Positions 10,065-19,750 of a DNA stretch of 32,949 bases are shown one piece after another. Both the position numbers and the translations under genes were made by a program. The stretch is from Calditrichaceae bacterium (GTDB lineage Bacteria; Calditrichota; Calditrichia; Calditrichales; JBFXGD01), in the NCBI GenBank assembly GCA_050173015.1, contig JBFXLE010000033.1, forward strand, positions 1 through 32,949, given 5' to 3'. The notes below the pieces were generated by a model. That model was not told where the DNA came from and made no database searches. It worked only from the letters and a program-made list of their open reading frames with translations. Position 1 is the first letter of the stretch, and every line of letters starts with the position of its first letter.

Positions 10065-10364
10065 TTACATTTTTCCGGTTTCATGAATTTTTCTCCAGTC
10101 GGGCCAGGGTTCCCAGGGATCCGGAGGCCTGGGTCCCGGTGGTTTTGGATCTAAAAGGTCGCGCGTGAGTCTTAAAATCTGCATGAAACTTGTCGGCCTT
10201 TTTTCATTGAGCAGATTTTTGACTTTGGGAATATCATCAACGCTAAACCCAAGTTCGCGATGTCGCAGCGCTTCATCCGGACTCTTAATGAGCAGATTCA
10301 GAAATTCTGCGTCACGACTCGCCAAATGATACATTTTTTCCAGTTTGTTTTCTGTCGCTTCCAT
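10065..10364 (-). CDS. NHLP/Nif11-clan leader-like peptide with Pro/Trp-rich C-terminus (putative RiPP precursor)
   Basis: ASRDAEFLNLLIKSPDEAL matches the NHLP-type 'A..D.EFR..LL.DP..AL' helix. C-terminus is PKPPGPRPPDPWEPWPDW. SD AAGGTGG favours the ATG at 10364. Confidence 0.7.
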   Translation of the reverse strand: MEATENKLEKMYHLASRDAEFLNLLIKSPDEALRHRELGFSVDDIPKVKNLLNEKRPTSFMQILRLTRDLLDPKPPGPRPPDPWEPWPDWRKIHETGKM

Positions 10365-10397
10365 AATAGCCACCTTTCAAATTAAAATAAATAATGA

Positions 10398-12803
10398 CTA
10401 ATCCGTTAATTTTTTAAGATGCTCTCCGGCGATTAACGCGTTTTGGCTCAAAGAGTCAATTCTCAGACAATTTTTAAAATATTGGATGGCGAGCTCTGGA
10501 TTATTTGCTTCCTCATAAATGATACCCAGCATGTAATAGGCATCACTGAACCCCGAATCAATATTTATTGTTTTGTAAAATTCATCTTTCGCGGCATCCG
10601 GATTACCCGCAAAAAACAATGACATTCCTAATCCGTTATGATATTCAGCAATTGGTTCTCCAAGAGACAGGGCTTTTTCATAATGATCAGATGATGGTTT
10701 AAACATCCCCACTTCAAAATATGATGAGGCCAGATCCGCGTGTATATCCGTAATCCTGATTCCGCGTTCCTGCATGCTTTTAATATAGAGGTCTTCGTAG
10801 AGCTGTGATTTGGCGGAGTCTTCTGTTTCCAGACTGAGGATCGAGAGCAAACAGTAAATTTGCGGAAATACGGGCTTAATCTGAATGGAACTTTCCAGTA
10901 CATTTTTTGCCTTGTCACGGTCACCGGTTTGAAAATAACTCGCGCCAAGCAAATAATAAGCCGGTGAATATTCCCATTCCATTTCAACAATATTTTTTAG
11001 CGTTTGAATACTACCACTATAATCGTTCATCATATATAAAATTCTGGCAAGACTAAACAAAAGGATATTATTCTGCGGTGAATACTCCAAAGCGATTCGC
11101 AGATATCTCGCCTGCGCCGGATAATCATTCGCGATCATTGCCCCGGCCCAGTCGATCATTACTTCCTCGAAAGGAGTAGCGTTCGATTCCAGTTTACGCA
11201 GAATTTCGTAGTGCGTATTTGCCTGTTCCACATCTTGCTGTTGCATCAGTTTTGATATTAGCCAGATTCTCGGAGACAAAAACGTGGAATCAAGCTCAAT
11301 GGCGCGCAGCAGGTATTTTTCCGCGGCGGGATCCAGGCGAAAATTATACTGTCCCGCCTGAATAAACGCTTGTATGGCCGGTATGTTTTCTGAGCCGGTC
11401 CTTATCCAGGGCGCGATATCCGTTGCCTTGGTGGACGATATAAATTTTAACCGCAGATGGTTAAGAATTTTCACCACTATACTGTCAATTTCCTGCAAAA
11501 TATTATCTTCATCGATTAATGACCGGCTGTAAGAAAATTTGATTTCAGCGGTTTGTGATTCGACTACGCTTGATTGAAGCAGCAGCTTATTGCCAAATTG
11601 TGTGATAGTGCCGTCAACAACATAAACGATTCCAATTTCTCTGAGCCTCCTGTAGAGCGCTTCATCTCTTATAGGCGCCGTTCCGTCCTCCGAACTTCTG
11701 ATCAATCCGTTAAGACTTAAGGGATCAACAATTCCCAGCTCTTTAACACCGGTTAATTCTCTAACTATCAGATTCTGGATAAGCATGGGAAGACCTTTGG
11801 ATTCAATATTTTTTGTTAGCGTCCGGAAGGGAAGTACCCCAACACGCCACCGGTCATCCACCGGCGCCGAATTCAGGGAAATCCTGCTCGACGCGACCCA
11901 GAAAACAGTCAAAGCCACTAATGATGCGGCAATAAAATAAGTGACCGTTTTAGTCAGTTTGCGTTTTATCCCATACATTAGTCCGGCTGATTTACCCTCG
12001 AGCAGCTCCAAAACTTCCATCATCGACTGCGGACGCAAATCCGGATTTTTTTCCAGACAAAGGTCACACAATTTTTCCAGAAGAATTCTTTTTTTATGAT
12101 TGGATGGATCTATTTTCACGGGTTTTTCGTGCAGGATTGAGTAAATGACTGCCTGTTCATAATCTCCCCGAAAAGGCAGCTCTCCGGTCAACATTTCATA
12201 CAAAACAACGCCAAAGGACCAGATATCGGTTCGATGATCCACCGGATCGCCTCTGGCCTGTTCAGGAGACATATAACCTACTGTTCCCAGCGCTATACCT
12301 GTTTTTGTCAATTTTGTCTGACCTGAAAATTTGGCCAGCCCAAAATCCAGAATCCTTACCATCCCATTCGGACTAATGACAATATTGGATGGTTTTATAT
12401 CTCTGTGGATGATACCCGCATGATGAGCGCAGTTTAATCCTCGGGCTAATTGGCGTGTAATTCTCAAAATCATATCAGTTTCGAGGGGCCCGGTTCCAAG
12501 CAGGGTTTTAAGAAGATTTCCTTCGCAATAGGGCATACAAATATACAACTGACCGTCATCAGTTTCATTTATTTCATATATACTGCATATGTTTGTATGC
12601 TCTAATTTTGATACAGCCAGGGCTTCGTGAATAAATCTTTTTTTAGATTCCTCATCCCTTGTCAATTCCGGCGGGAGAAATTTAAGCGCGACTTTGCGAC
12701 CTAATTTAATATCTTCCGCCATATAAACGATTCCCATCCCGCCCCCGCCGATTTGTTTCAGAATATGGTAATGGGAAACCTTTTCACCTACGCGAACAGA
12801 CAT
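10398..12803 (-). CDS. Membrane Hanks-type Ser/Thr kinase with TolB_N/FlgO-like and TPR extracytoplasmic domains
   Basis: GGGGMG, VALK, HRDIKPSN, DFG and YMSPEQ motifs; TM at ~aa 287-305; VGVLPF; multiple TPRs. Confidence 0.93.
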   Translation of the reverse strand: MSVRVGEKVSHYHILKQIGGGGMGIVYMAEDIKLGRKVALKFLPPELTRDEESKKRFIHEALAVSKLEHTNICSIYEINETDDGQLYICMPYCEGNLLKTLLGTGPLETDMILRITRQLARGLNCAHHAGIIHRDIKPSNIVISPNGMVRILDFGLAKFSGQTKLTKTGIALGTVGYMSPEQARGDPVDHRTDIWSFGVVLYEMLTGELPFRGDYEQAVIYSILHEKPVKIDPSNHKKRILLEKLCDLCLEKNPDLRPQSMMEVLELLEGKSAGLMYGIKRKLTKTVTYFIAASLVALTVFWVASSRISLNSAPVDDRWRVGVLPFRTLTKNIESKGLPMLIQNLIVRELTGVKELGIVDPLSLNGLIRSSEDGTAPIRDEALYRRLREIGIVYVVDGTITQFGNKLLLQSSVVESQTAEIKFSYSRSLIDEDNILQEIDSIVVKILNHLRLKFISSTKATDIAPWIRTGSENIPAIQAFIQAGQYNFRLDPAAEKYLLRAIELDSTFLSPRIWLISKLMQQQDVEQANTHYEILRKLESNATPFEEVMIDWAGAMIANDYPAQARYLRIALEYSPQNNILLFSLARILYMMNDYSGSIQTLKNIVEMEWEYSPAYYLLGASYFQTGDRDKAKNVLESSIQIKPVFPQIYCLLSILSLETEDSAKSQLYEDLYIKSMQERGIRITDIHADLASSYFEVGMFKPSSDHYEKALSLGEPIAEYHNGLGMSLFFAGNPDAAKDEFYKTINIDSGFSDAYYMLGIIYEEANNPELAIQYFKNCLRIDSLSQNALIAGEHLKKLTD

Positions 12804-13296
12804 GAGTGAATTCTTTTATTTTAGTATAACTTCACCCCGGTATTTTTTGATTCTCCACCGGGGAGTATAGCCACTTAAAAATCCAATCTTTTAGTTGGAC
12901 CTATGATTAATTGTACCATCCAAACCGCCGGTGCCATATTAAATCTGAATTGCAGAAGAGAAGTGTAAAAATAACAAGCGGATTAAAGAAGAATCGTGGG
13001 ATGATTAACCGGATACCATGACAGCTCTTTGGCAAACGATATCAAAATCTGTCCCATATTGCAAGATAAAAAAAACAATCTATGGAAATTGCACCATATT
13101 TAAATTACTCCTGAGATAACTTAACTAAAAAAAATGACACCGGATCTGACAAAGTGCGACACAGAATCAGATTTCCGGTTTTGAATCTAAAAATCCAATA
13201 TTAGTAATTTTATTTATATTCAGGGCACCGGCTGTTTAATTTGATTTTTGGATATATGCGACATCGTCTGCTCTCAAAAATTTTTTTGTCAATCGG

Positions 13297-14307
13297 TTAA
13301 TTGTTATCCGCCAGTAGGCTTAACTGCCAGACATCATGATTCGATCGGTGAAGTATTGGAGACAGAGCCAGTTTCCCCGCTTTACCGATGCTCTTTCCCA
13401 AAAAATCCAGTTCCGCCAATTTTTCGTTTATTTCATCATCGAACAACACCGGAAAGCCGTTCGCTTTCATTAAAAGAATACCCTTCGCGCGAATTGAAAG
13501 CTCAAGATGAATCCTGAGATAACATAACATATCTCCTATAATCAGACTCCGGAATCCACTTTTTAGGGAATGCAGATACTTTCCTGTTTTTGTTTCACTA
13601 AAATTGCCGGATGAAATATAATCAAGCATTTGCACATCTCCGTCAAGCCCTTCTTCCAGCCAATCACATAGTATTTTTTCGCTTATATTGAATATGATTA
13701 CTAAAAACAGGGGCAGAAGCAAAAGCTGGAATATTGTAAGTATATGCGGCGGAACAAGAAAATGATTGAACAGCGAGTGAATCCCAATCGCTAAAACAAT
13801 ACCGGGAATAAAAACAAAAAATTTTCCCGATACGTTTTTATCGAACCACATCTTTGAAATCACCGCGAATATTGCCGTTGTCCCGCCATGCATCATTGCT
13901 GTTCCAAAACCGCGGACAGTCCATAAGAAGAAATCGTTGTTTTCAAGTCGCGACAGATAATAAATGTTTTCGATGACGGCAAATCCCGCGCCTGCCGCGA
14001 ATCCCAGTACCGCGCCATCCACCATAAAACCTATCCTATAGGATTTAATCATATAAAAGATGAATACCGCCTTGAAAAACTCTTCGATTCCCGGAGAAAC
14101 ATATCGTGAATATGCCGTAAACTCCATTGATCCGTTTGACAGAAGAAACCGGTTGATCCCCATACTGAAAAGCGCGGAAACCATTCCCGCAAAAACTGCA
14201 ATCAGAATTTTCTTTATCCCGGTCAGCTTGTATGTGTCAATAAAAACAAGCGCGATTAAAAAGACAAATACCGGAATAATACTTATAAATATATTGAACG
14301 CGTTCAT
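13297..14307 (-). CDS. prsW: PrsW-family intramembrane glutamic/metallo-protease
   Basis: PGIEEFFK, GFAVIEN, AMMHG and HSLFN motifs; multiple TMs; TAATG overlap with the upstream gene. Confidence 0.9.
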   Translation of the reverse strand: MNAFNIFISIIPVFVFLIALVFIDTYKLTGIKKILIAVFAGMVSALFSMGINRFLLSNGSMEFTAYSRYVSPGIEEFFKAVFIFYMIKSYRIGFMVDGAVLGFAAGAGFAVIENIYYLSRLENNDFFLWTVRGFGTAMMHGGTTAIFAVISKMWFDKNVSGKFFVFIPGIVLAIGIHSLFNHFLVPPHILTIFQLLLLPLFLVIIFNISEKILCDWLEEGLDGDVQMLDYISSGNFSETKTGKYLHSLKSGFRSLIIGDMLCYLRIHLELSIRAKGILLMKANGFPVLFDDEINEKLAELDFLGKSIGKAGKLALSPILHRSNHDVWQLSLLADNN

Positions 14308-17243
14308 TATAATATCTTTAATGAAATCATAAATTCATCCGTCGTTTTTTTATTTTGTTCAAATGCCCGCGCGTAGCCAATTGAAAATGTGACTTTCAAA
14401 TGCGACATTACAATCAACCGAAAATCTCCCTGCAGTCCGGCGTTACTCAAAGTCCTTCGGAATAATTCATTATCAAAGTCTGTAATCAGTCCCGATGAGA
14501 AAAGTGAAAACCGCGCCCAGGACATATAAAATGATGGGATACCCGCATGGCGAAATCTCAGCGGCGGCAAATTCCATTCGATCATAAAACGGTCGTAATT
14601 TTTCCCTGCGGCGGCGTTGATCTCCAAACCCGGGAAACTATAATACTCTCTGTAACGCTTTTCCGGCCTGTAATCCACCCAATTGTTCCCAAAGCCTCCA
14701 AAATAATAATTGGTGAACGGATTATTTCGGTCTCCCCAGGCATGACCAATAGAGTTTCTCAACCAGACTGAAGAGTGATTTATCGCGAGCGGAAATCCGA
14801 GATGCATATTCATGAATATGTGCGGATATAATACTCCATTAACCTGATAATTATATGAATTTAGCTCCCATTCAAATCCTTTTTCATAATCAACCGAGCC
14901 AAGAGATGAGGTCATATTTCCATATTTAAAACCGGCGCCGAATGTCTGAAACCGGTCATAGGTTGTCCCGATATTCTGGTAATCCGGTAATCGTTTAAGA
15001 TTACCGTAATGAGTCAAAAACATGGACAGATCCATCGATTTGGGCAGGTCCGACAGAAGTGACTTTTCATACCGCAGCCCCGCTGAATACCCTTTACGAC
15101 TCACTTTTGTCGGACCAAAGAGATCGTAGAAATCAGCGTAATTATATTTTAAATCCGCTTTCCAGTTCAGATAACGATATTGCATGCCCGCGTGTATTTT
15201 TTCAGAATCCGTTAAATTGTTTTGCGGAGAATAGGAACCTGTGACACTCATATCATGCAGACCCAACGGACTCGAAATGTTCAATCGCGCGCCAAATGCG
15301 GTGTAATCTTTATAACCTTCCAGGACGGGATACGCCGAAACAAGTGACAGATGGCTAAGTTCTGAGTATTCTCCGGTGGACATGGTCATGGAATCAATAT
15401 TGACGTTTGCCGGGGAATCCGCCAGCCAGTCTTTAACGATGGGATATCGGGTAACGATTTCTTGTCCGAGATACTGAATGGCGCTGACTTTCTCCACAGG
15501 TTGAATCCACATTTTAACCGGATCAAATCCTTTTCCGGTATATCTGAACACGATCAGTGAATCGTCTGACACCGGAATCGGCCTGAAAAATCCGGTTTCA
15601 CAATTACTGAGCGCTTCCATATCATTCATCTCAAAATTATACCGGAAGATATTCGACACACCTGAATAATAGGACGAACCGTATAAAAACCTGTCGTCCG
15701 GTGAAAACAAAAAATTCGCCGGATTGCTGTTTTCAAAGTCAAACAGGATATCATAGGAATATACGCCTTTTAACAAACTGTCCACCGGCATCATAATCAA
15801 CTGCTGACGCCCGTTTATTTCAGCCAGCGCGCCGCTCAGAAACTTACCGTTATGAGAAATATCGATATCGTACATATCTTTTCCATAAGGCCATGAATAG
15901 ATCTGCTTCCAGTCATGATAGGGATACTCCATTCTCACAACCGTTGATATTCCGTTAAAATGCCGGATACCCCAAAGGGATTTATCTTGCGCGTTGAAAA
16001 CCAGGTCGCCTATTCTGGCATCCTTCATCAGAACACTCGATTTACCGCTTTTTAAATCAAACAGATTGATATCACGCCAGCCATCATTATCGGTTGTATA
16101 ATAAATGATTTTTTCAGTCTGGTCATATGCCAGTGAGGTGACGTAATAAAGCGCGGCTCCTTTTATATCACAGATCTTTTTAATATTCGGCATATCGGTA
16201 TCCAGTTCCGCGATATGCGCGATCTGACCGGGATAATTCACCGCCGCGTAAAGTTTTTGGTTTGTGGAATCGTAATACGCTCTTGAAACGGAACCAAGAG
16301 GGTTGTGAGAAAGATTTTTGTATGGTGTAACCGGATTAGCCCGGATTCGATCAAGATTGGCCTGCTGAAACTCATGTTCCCACGCGATCCATTTACTCCA
16401 CTCCTTATCCATCGAAAAGCCGTATATTTTTTTGAACTGCGACGCGAAATAGGCTCTGCTGCCGTCTCTCCTTTCCGCCCATTGAACCAATTTTTCCGGG
16501 CCATAGGTATACGCGAGGTAACTCATAAAACGGGTTCCGTAGAGATAGGATACAACCCCCACCTGAAAATCGGTCTTCATACCTTCCGACTCCAGTCCAA
16601 CCAGATCATAAATTTGGACACTGTCTCTTTCCATTGTGCGGAATACCATCTCATCATACGCGCCAAGCGCCCGGCCTATGCCCCCTGCCATCCAGGTATC
16701 CAGAAACACGGCGATACCCTCCCTATACCATCTTGGTGAATATTTTCGCGGAACCGTCAAATAACCGTAAAACATGGAAAGCGGATTTTCATGATCGGGC
16801 CTGACTTTGCCCATAAACACCGTCCGGAAAAACCGGTCGCTTTTTGAAGTTTGATCCAGGGTAACGATATGCACGAGTTCATGATTCATAATGGAATTCA
16901 TGCGCTCATTGGCCGGCACCGTTTCGTATGTGTAGCTGTATGGCGCTATACCGACAATAATAATATTATTCGGGATTGTCCCCGCCGCCGCATTGCCAAA
17001 ATCGCTGAAATCATGCAGAAATACAGTGACTTTTTCCTGGGGATGATAATTAAACAACTGACGGTGGTACAGATAGGAATTTTCAAAACATCTGGCCACA
17101 TGTTTTTCGAGATAGGCATTTGTTTTACCAATCGAAACCAGACGGAGATCATTCGTTTCAATGACATTAAACTGTCCCGAACAGGGAATTACCGAAATCA
17201 GGAATATGATTATTAATTTAAAAATCACTTTATTAAAAGTCAT
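14307..17243 (-). CDS. Exported protein: gluzincin-like peptidase domain + beta-propeller + probable outer-membrane beta-barrel
   Basis: Signal peptide; NHELVH...PRWYREGIA zinc motif; TolB/PD40-like repeats (FSPDDRFL, ISHNGKFL); alternating amphipathic strands at the C-terminus. Confidence 0.8.
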   Translation of the reverse strand: MTFNKVIFKLIIIFLISVIPCSGQFNVIETNDLRLVSIGKTNAYLEKHVARCFENSYLYHRQLFNYHPQEKVTVFLHDFSDFGNAAAGTIPNNIIIVGIAPYSYTYETVPANERMNSIMNHELVHIVTLDQTSKSDRFFRTVFMGKVRPDHENPLSMFYGYLTVPRKYSPRWYREGIAVFLDTWMAGGIGRALGAYDEMVFRTMERDSVQIYDLVGLESEGMKTDFQVGVVSYLYGTRFMSYLAYTYGPEKLVQWAERRDGSRAYFASQFKKIYGFSMDKEWSKWIAWEHEFQQANLDRIRANPVTPYKNLSHNPLGSVSRAYYDSTNQKLYAAVNYPGQIAHIAELDTDMPNIKKICDIKGAALYYVTSLAYDQTEKIIYYTTDNDGWRDINLFDLKSGKSSVLMKDARIGDLVFNAQDKSLWGIRHFNGISTVVRMEYPYHDWKQIYSWPYGKDMYDIDISHNGKFLSGALAEINGRQQLIMMPVDSLLKGVYSYDILFDFENSNPANFLFSPDDRFLYGSSYYSGVSNIFRYNFEMNDMEALSNCETGFFRPIPVSDDSLIVFRYTGKGFDPVKMWIQPVEKVSAIQYLGQEIVTRYPIVKDWLADSPANVNIDSMTMSTGEYSELSHLSLVSAYPVLEGYKDYTAFGARLNISSPLGLHDMSVTGSYSPQNNLTDSEKIHAGMQYRYLNWKADLKYNYADFYDLFGPTKVSRKGYSAGLRYEKSLLSDLPKSMDLSMFLTHYGNLKRLPDYQNIGTTYDRFQTFGAGFKYGNMTSSLGSVDYEKGFEWELNSYNYQVNGVLYPHIFMNMHLGFPLAINHSSVWLRNSIGHAWGDRNNPFTNYYFGGFGNNWVDYRPEKRYREYYSFPGLEINAAAGKNYDRFMIEWNLPPLRFRHAGIPSFYMSWARFSLFSSGLITDFDNELFRRTLSNAGLQGDFRLIVMSHLKVTFSIGYARAFEQNKKTTDEFMISLKIL

Positions 17244-17269
17244 TAAGTATAATATCCTCCCGGATTATT

Positions 17270-17450
17270 GCAGCTTCCGAATGAGCTGCCTGGCGAACAA
17301 ATACCGCAACCGTGCCGGGGGTTTCCCCATATCTGATAAAACACAGAAAGGAAATGCCAATTTCTTGACATTTCCCCTTCTGCTGCCTGTGATCCCCCCT
17401 CACGGCCTGAAAGAAAAATTTTTAGTAAATGCGGCGCTGATATTCTCAGC
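17270..17450 (-). other. Multi-hairpin structured intergenic region (candidate cis-regulatory RNA or processing site)
   Basis: ~18-bp stem with GAAA loop (17343-17383), GGG-GAAA-CCC (17318-17328), GCAGCT..TTCG..AGCTGC (17270-17289), plus further short stems. Confidence 0.45.
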
Positions 17451-17464
17451 AAATCTTCTGATTC

Positions 17465-18340
17465 CTAATACTCTTTTTTTACCATGATTCTCTGAAAATC
17501 TTTTTCAGCTATTATTCTCTGAAATTCTTTATCCGCCATGATTTTTTGATAATCCTTATCAGACATTAATCTTTGAAATTCCTTGTCAGCCATAATTCTT
17601 TGGAATTCTTTATCTGCCATGATACGCTGATAGTCTTTATCCGCCAGAATTTTCTGAAAATCTTTATCAGCCATTATTCTCTGAAATTCCTTATCTGCCA
17701 TAATCCGCTGGTACTCTTTATCCGCTAATATTCGCTGGAAATCTTTATCTGACATTATTTTCTGAAATTCTTTGTCCGATTTGACGCGTTGAAAATCTTT
17801 ATCCGACATAATTTTTTGAAAATCCTTGTCTGCCATTATCCGCTGCATGTCTTTATCGGCTATAATTCTCTGGAATTCTTTATCCGCCATGATTCTCTGA
17901 TAATCTCCATCAGCCATAATCCGCTGATAATCGGTATCAGCAAGGACGCGTTGATAGTCTTTATCCGCCATAATGCGCTGCAAATCCTTATCGGCCATCA
18001 TTCGTTGTAATTCCTTATCGGCCATGATCCGCTGATATTCTTTGTCGGCAATTATTCTCTGGAAATCCCCGGAAGCCACTATTTTTTGGAAATCCGCGTC
18101 TGCCAATAGTTTTTGGAATGTGTCATTCTGCAACAAATTCTGAATTTCCGGACTATCCAGTTTCACATCCGTTTCGCTGATCTGGTCCGCGCGGTACTTA
18201 TCCGCTTTTTCCACGCCTCCGATGGTGCCTTCCACACCGTCCGAATTTGGTGGCGGATACAGGAGCGAGAAATAAAGAATTATCGCGACAATGACCGCCG
18301 CGCCCCCAAATAACGATGTTTTTCTTGATTGTGAATTCAT
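17465..18340 (-). CDS. Membrane-anchored protein with 23 tandem 9-aa repeats [AS]DK[DE][FY]Q[RK]I[MIL]
   Basis: N-terminal TM, a GTIGG linker, then repeats filling aa 80-291; G6 SD upstream. Confidence 0.9.
   Translation of the reverse strand: MNSQSRKTSLFGGAAVIVAIILYFSLLYPPPNSDGVEGTIGGVEKADKYRADQISETDVKLDSPEIQNLLQNDTFQKLLADADFQKIVASGDFQRIIADKEYQRIMADKELQRMMADKDLQRIMADKDYQRVLADTDYQRIMADGDYQRIMADKEFQRIIADKDMQRIMADKDFQKIMSDKDFQRVKSDKEFQKIMSDKDFQRILADKEYQRIMADKEFQRIMADKDFQKILADKDYQRIMADKEFQRIMADKEFQRLMSDKDYQKIMADKEFQRIIAEKDFQRIMVKKEY
17468..18103 (-). repeat. Coding 27-bp tandem repeat (~23.5 units)
   Basis: 27-nt periodicity with many synonymous differences between units. Confidence 0.95.
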
Positions 18341-18406
18341 AATACTATCCCCCCGATAGGTTGATGAACGTTTTATTATCTCCGTTTTTTCCTTGTCTCT
18401 ATAGTA

Positions 18407-18435
18407 AATACAAGGAGGAGATCAGAAAGTTGGTT
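18407..18435 (-). promoter_or_regulatory. Putative ECF promoter upstream of the repeat-protein gene
   Basis: AACCAACTTT-N12-TTGTATT (AAC-N16-TGTA); the same motif lies upstream of the sigma gene. Confidence 0.65.
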
Positions 18436-18441
18436 TTTGTT

Positions 18442-19209
18442 TCAATCCGCGATTATCGTTTTATGCGTAAATATGTTAGTATCCGGACCGGCAATGGTGA
18501 TTTTGAGGAGGGATTCAACGGTAATCGTTCGTTGGAATGTCAGAACACAGTCGAGATCATCAATATTTATTATCTCTAATTTACCTATTTGGGTATTTAA
18601 GCCGTGTTCACCCGGTGTCCGCAATCTGAAATTTTCGAACAATAGATGCTCATTGTCGTACTCCACAAACAGATCATACTGCTCTTCACCCCTTAAATCT
18701 GTCTCAATCCGGATAAGGTCTTTGGTCTGGACAACTTTAATGCTCCCCTTAATTCCGTTTGTGTGAACAGAAACTGATTCAACCACCGGGTTATACATCT
18801 GTTTTTCAAGTCCCATAGTTCCATAGAGACTGCTATTATCAACGCGTATATTTAGCGGCCATAATACAATAACGATAATTCCAAAAAGAACACCCAGAGC
18901 GAAGGTGAACGCCATTTTCGGACGCGGGGATGAGAACCAGTTTTGAATCATTTCCTGAACATTCCCGCGGTATGGATCCCGAGCGTATTTCTCTTTATTT
19001 ATAGAATCCATGATTCTTTCACGCATTTTTTCGGGAACATCCGCCTGCGGTACTTTATCAAGCAATACCACTGTTTCTTTCAATTCCTGATAAAAAATTT
19101 TGGCATCGGCGTGCTCCAGGAGATATCCCGTGAGTAGTTTTCGCTCTCCCGCGGATATTACTCCGTCAAGTTCTTTATGCATGAGTTCGATATATTTCTC
19201 ATCAATCAT
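18442..19209 (-). CDS. Transmembrane anti-sigma factor
   Basis: Overlaps the ECF sigma stop (ATGATTGA). N-terminal ELDG.IS..E...L..YL helix pattern lacks the HxxxCxxC cysteines. Single TM, then a beta-rich external domain. Confidence 0.8.
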   Translation of the reverse strand: MIDEKYIELMHKELDGVISAGERKLLTGYLLEHADAKIFYQELKETVVLLDKVPQADVPEKMRERIMDSINKEKYARDPYRGNVQEMIQNWFSSPRPKMAFTFALGVLFGIIVIVLWPLNIRVDNSSLYGTMGLEKQMYNPVVESVSVHTNGIKGSIKVVQTKDLIRIETDLRGEEQYDLFVEYDNEHLLFENFRLRTPGEHGLNTQIGKLEIINIDDLDCVLTFQRTITVESLLKITIAGPDTNIFTHKTIIAD

Positions 19210-19750
19210 TTTGTAACATACCATATTTTAGTAGAACATCTTTTAACATCTGCCGGGCGGTAAAAAGTCGTGATTTAACTTTTTTTTCCGGGATATCGGC
19301 TATGTAGGCGATCTCTTCGTAACTGCATCCCTGGAAATGTTTTAATATGATCAGTATCCGGTAATTATAAGGCACTTCCATTAAGGCTTCCTGAATCCTT
19401 TCATTTCTCTCCCATTCTTCAAAGATCTCGTCCGGAGTTTTCCCTTTTGAAACCATACCTTCCGTCAAAGTTTCGATACGCTTTCGCTGATTCAAATAAT
19501 TGAGTGTTTCATTTAAGGCAATCCGGTATATCCAGCTGAAAAACTTGTATTTTGGATTAAATGATCTCAGGTTTTCATAAACCTTGATAAAAACCGATTG
19601 AGTGATATCCTCCGCGTCATCGAATCTGTGAATCATTCGGTAAACCACATTAAAGATGGTTTTTTGATACTTATCCACCAGAATTTCAAATGATTTTATA
19701 TCACCCTTGATACATTTCTTTACCAGGATTGAATCATTGCTTTCACTCAT
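19202..19750 (-). CDS. ECF RNA polymerase sigma factor
   Basis: Region 2 (DAEDITQSVFIK, FFSWIYRIALN) and region 4 (SYEEIA, VKSRLFTAR); 182 aa. Confidence 0.95.
   Translation of the reverse strand: MSESNDSILVKKCIKGDIKSFEILVDKYQKTIFNVVYRMIHRFDDAEDITQSVFIKVYENLRSFNPKYKFFSWIYRIALNETLNYLNQRKRIETLTEGMVSKGKTPDEIFEEWERNERIQEALMEVPYNYRILIILKHFQGCSYEEIAYIADIPEKKVKSRLFTARQMLKDVLLKYGMLQND

Noticed and set aside
17243-17452. 69-aa ORF between the repeat-protein and barrel genes
   Set aside because: TTG start without SD and atypical composition; the region is better explained as structured RNA. Not fully excluded.
17468-18103. 27-bp periodic DNA as a CRISPR array or non-coding VNTR
   Set aside because: It is in frame within a gene, has no spacers, and variation is concentrated at synonymous positions.
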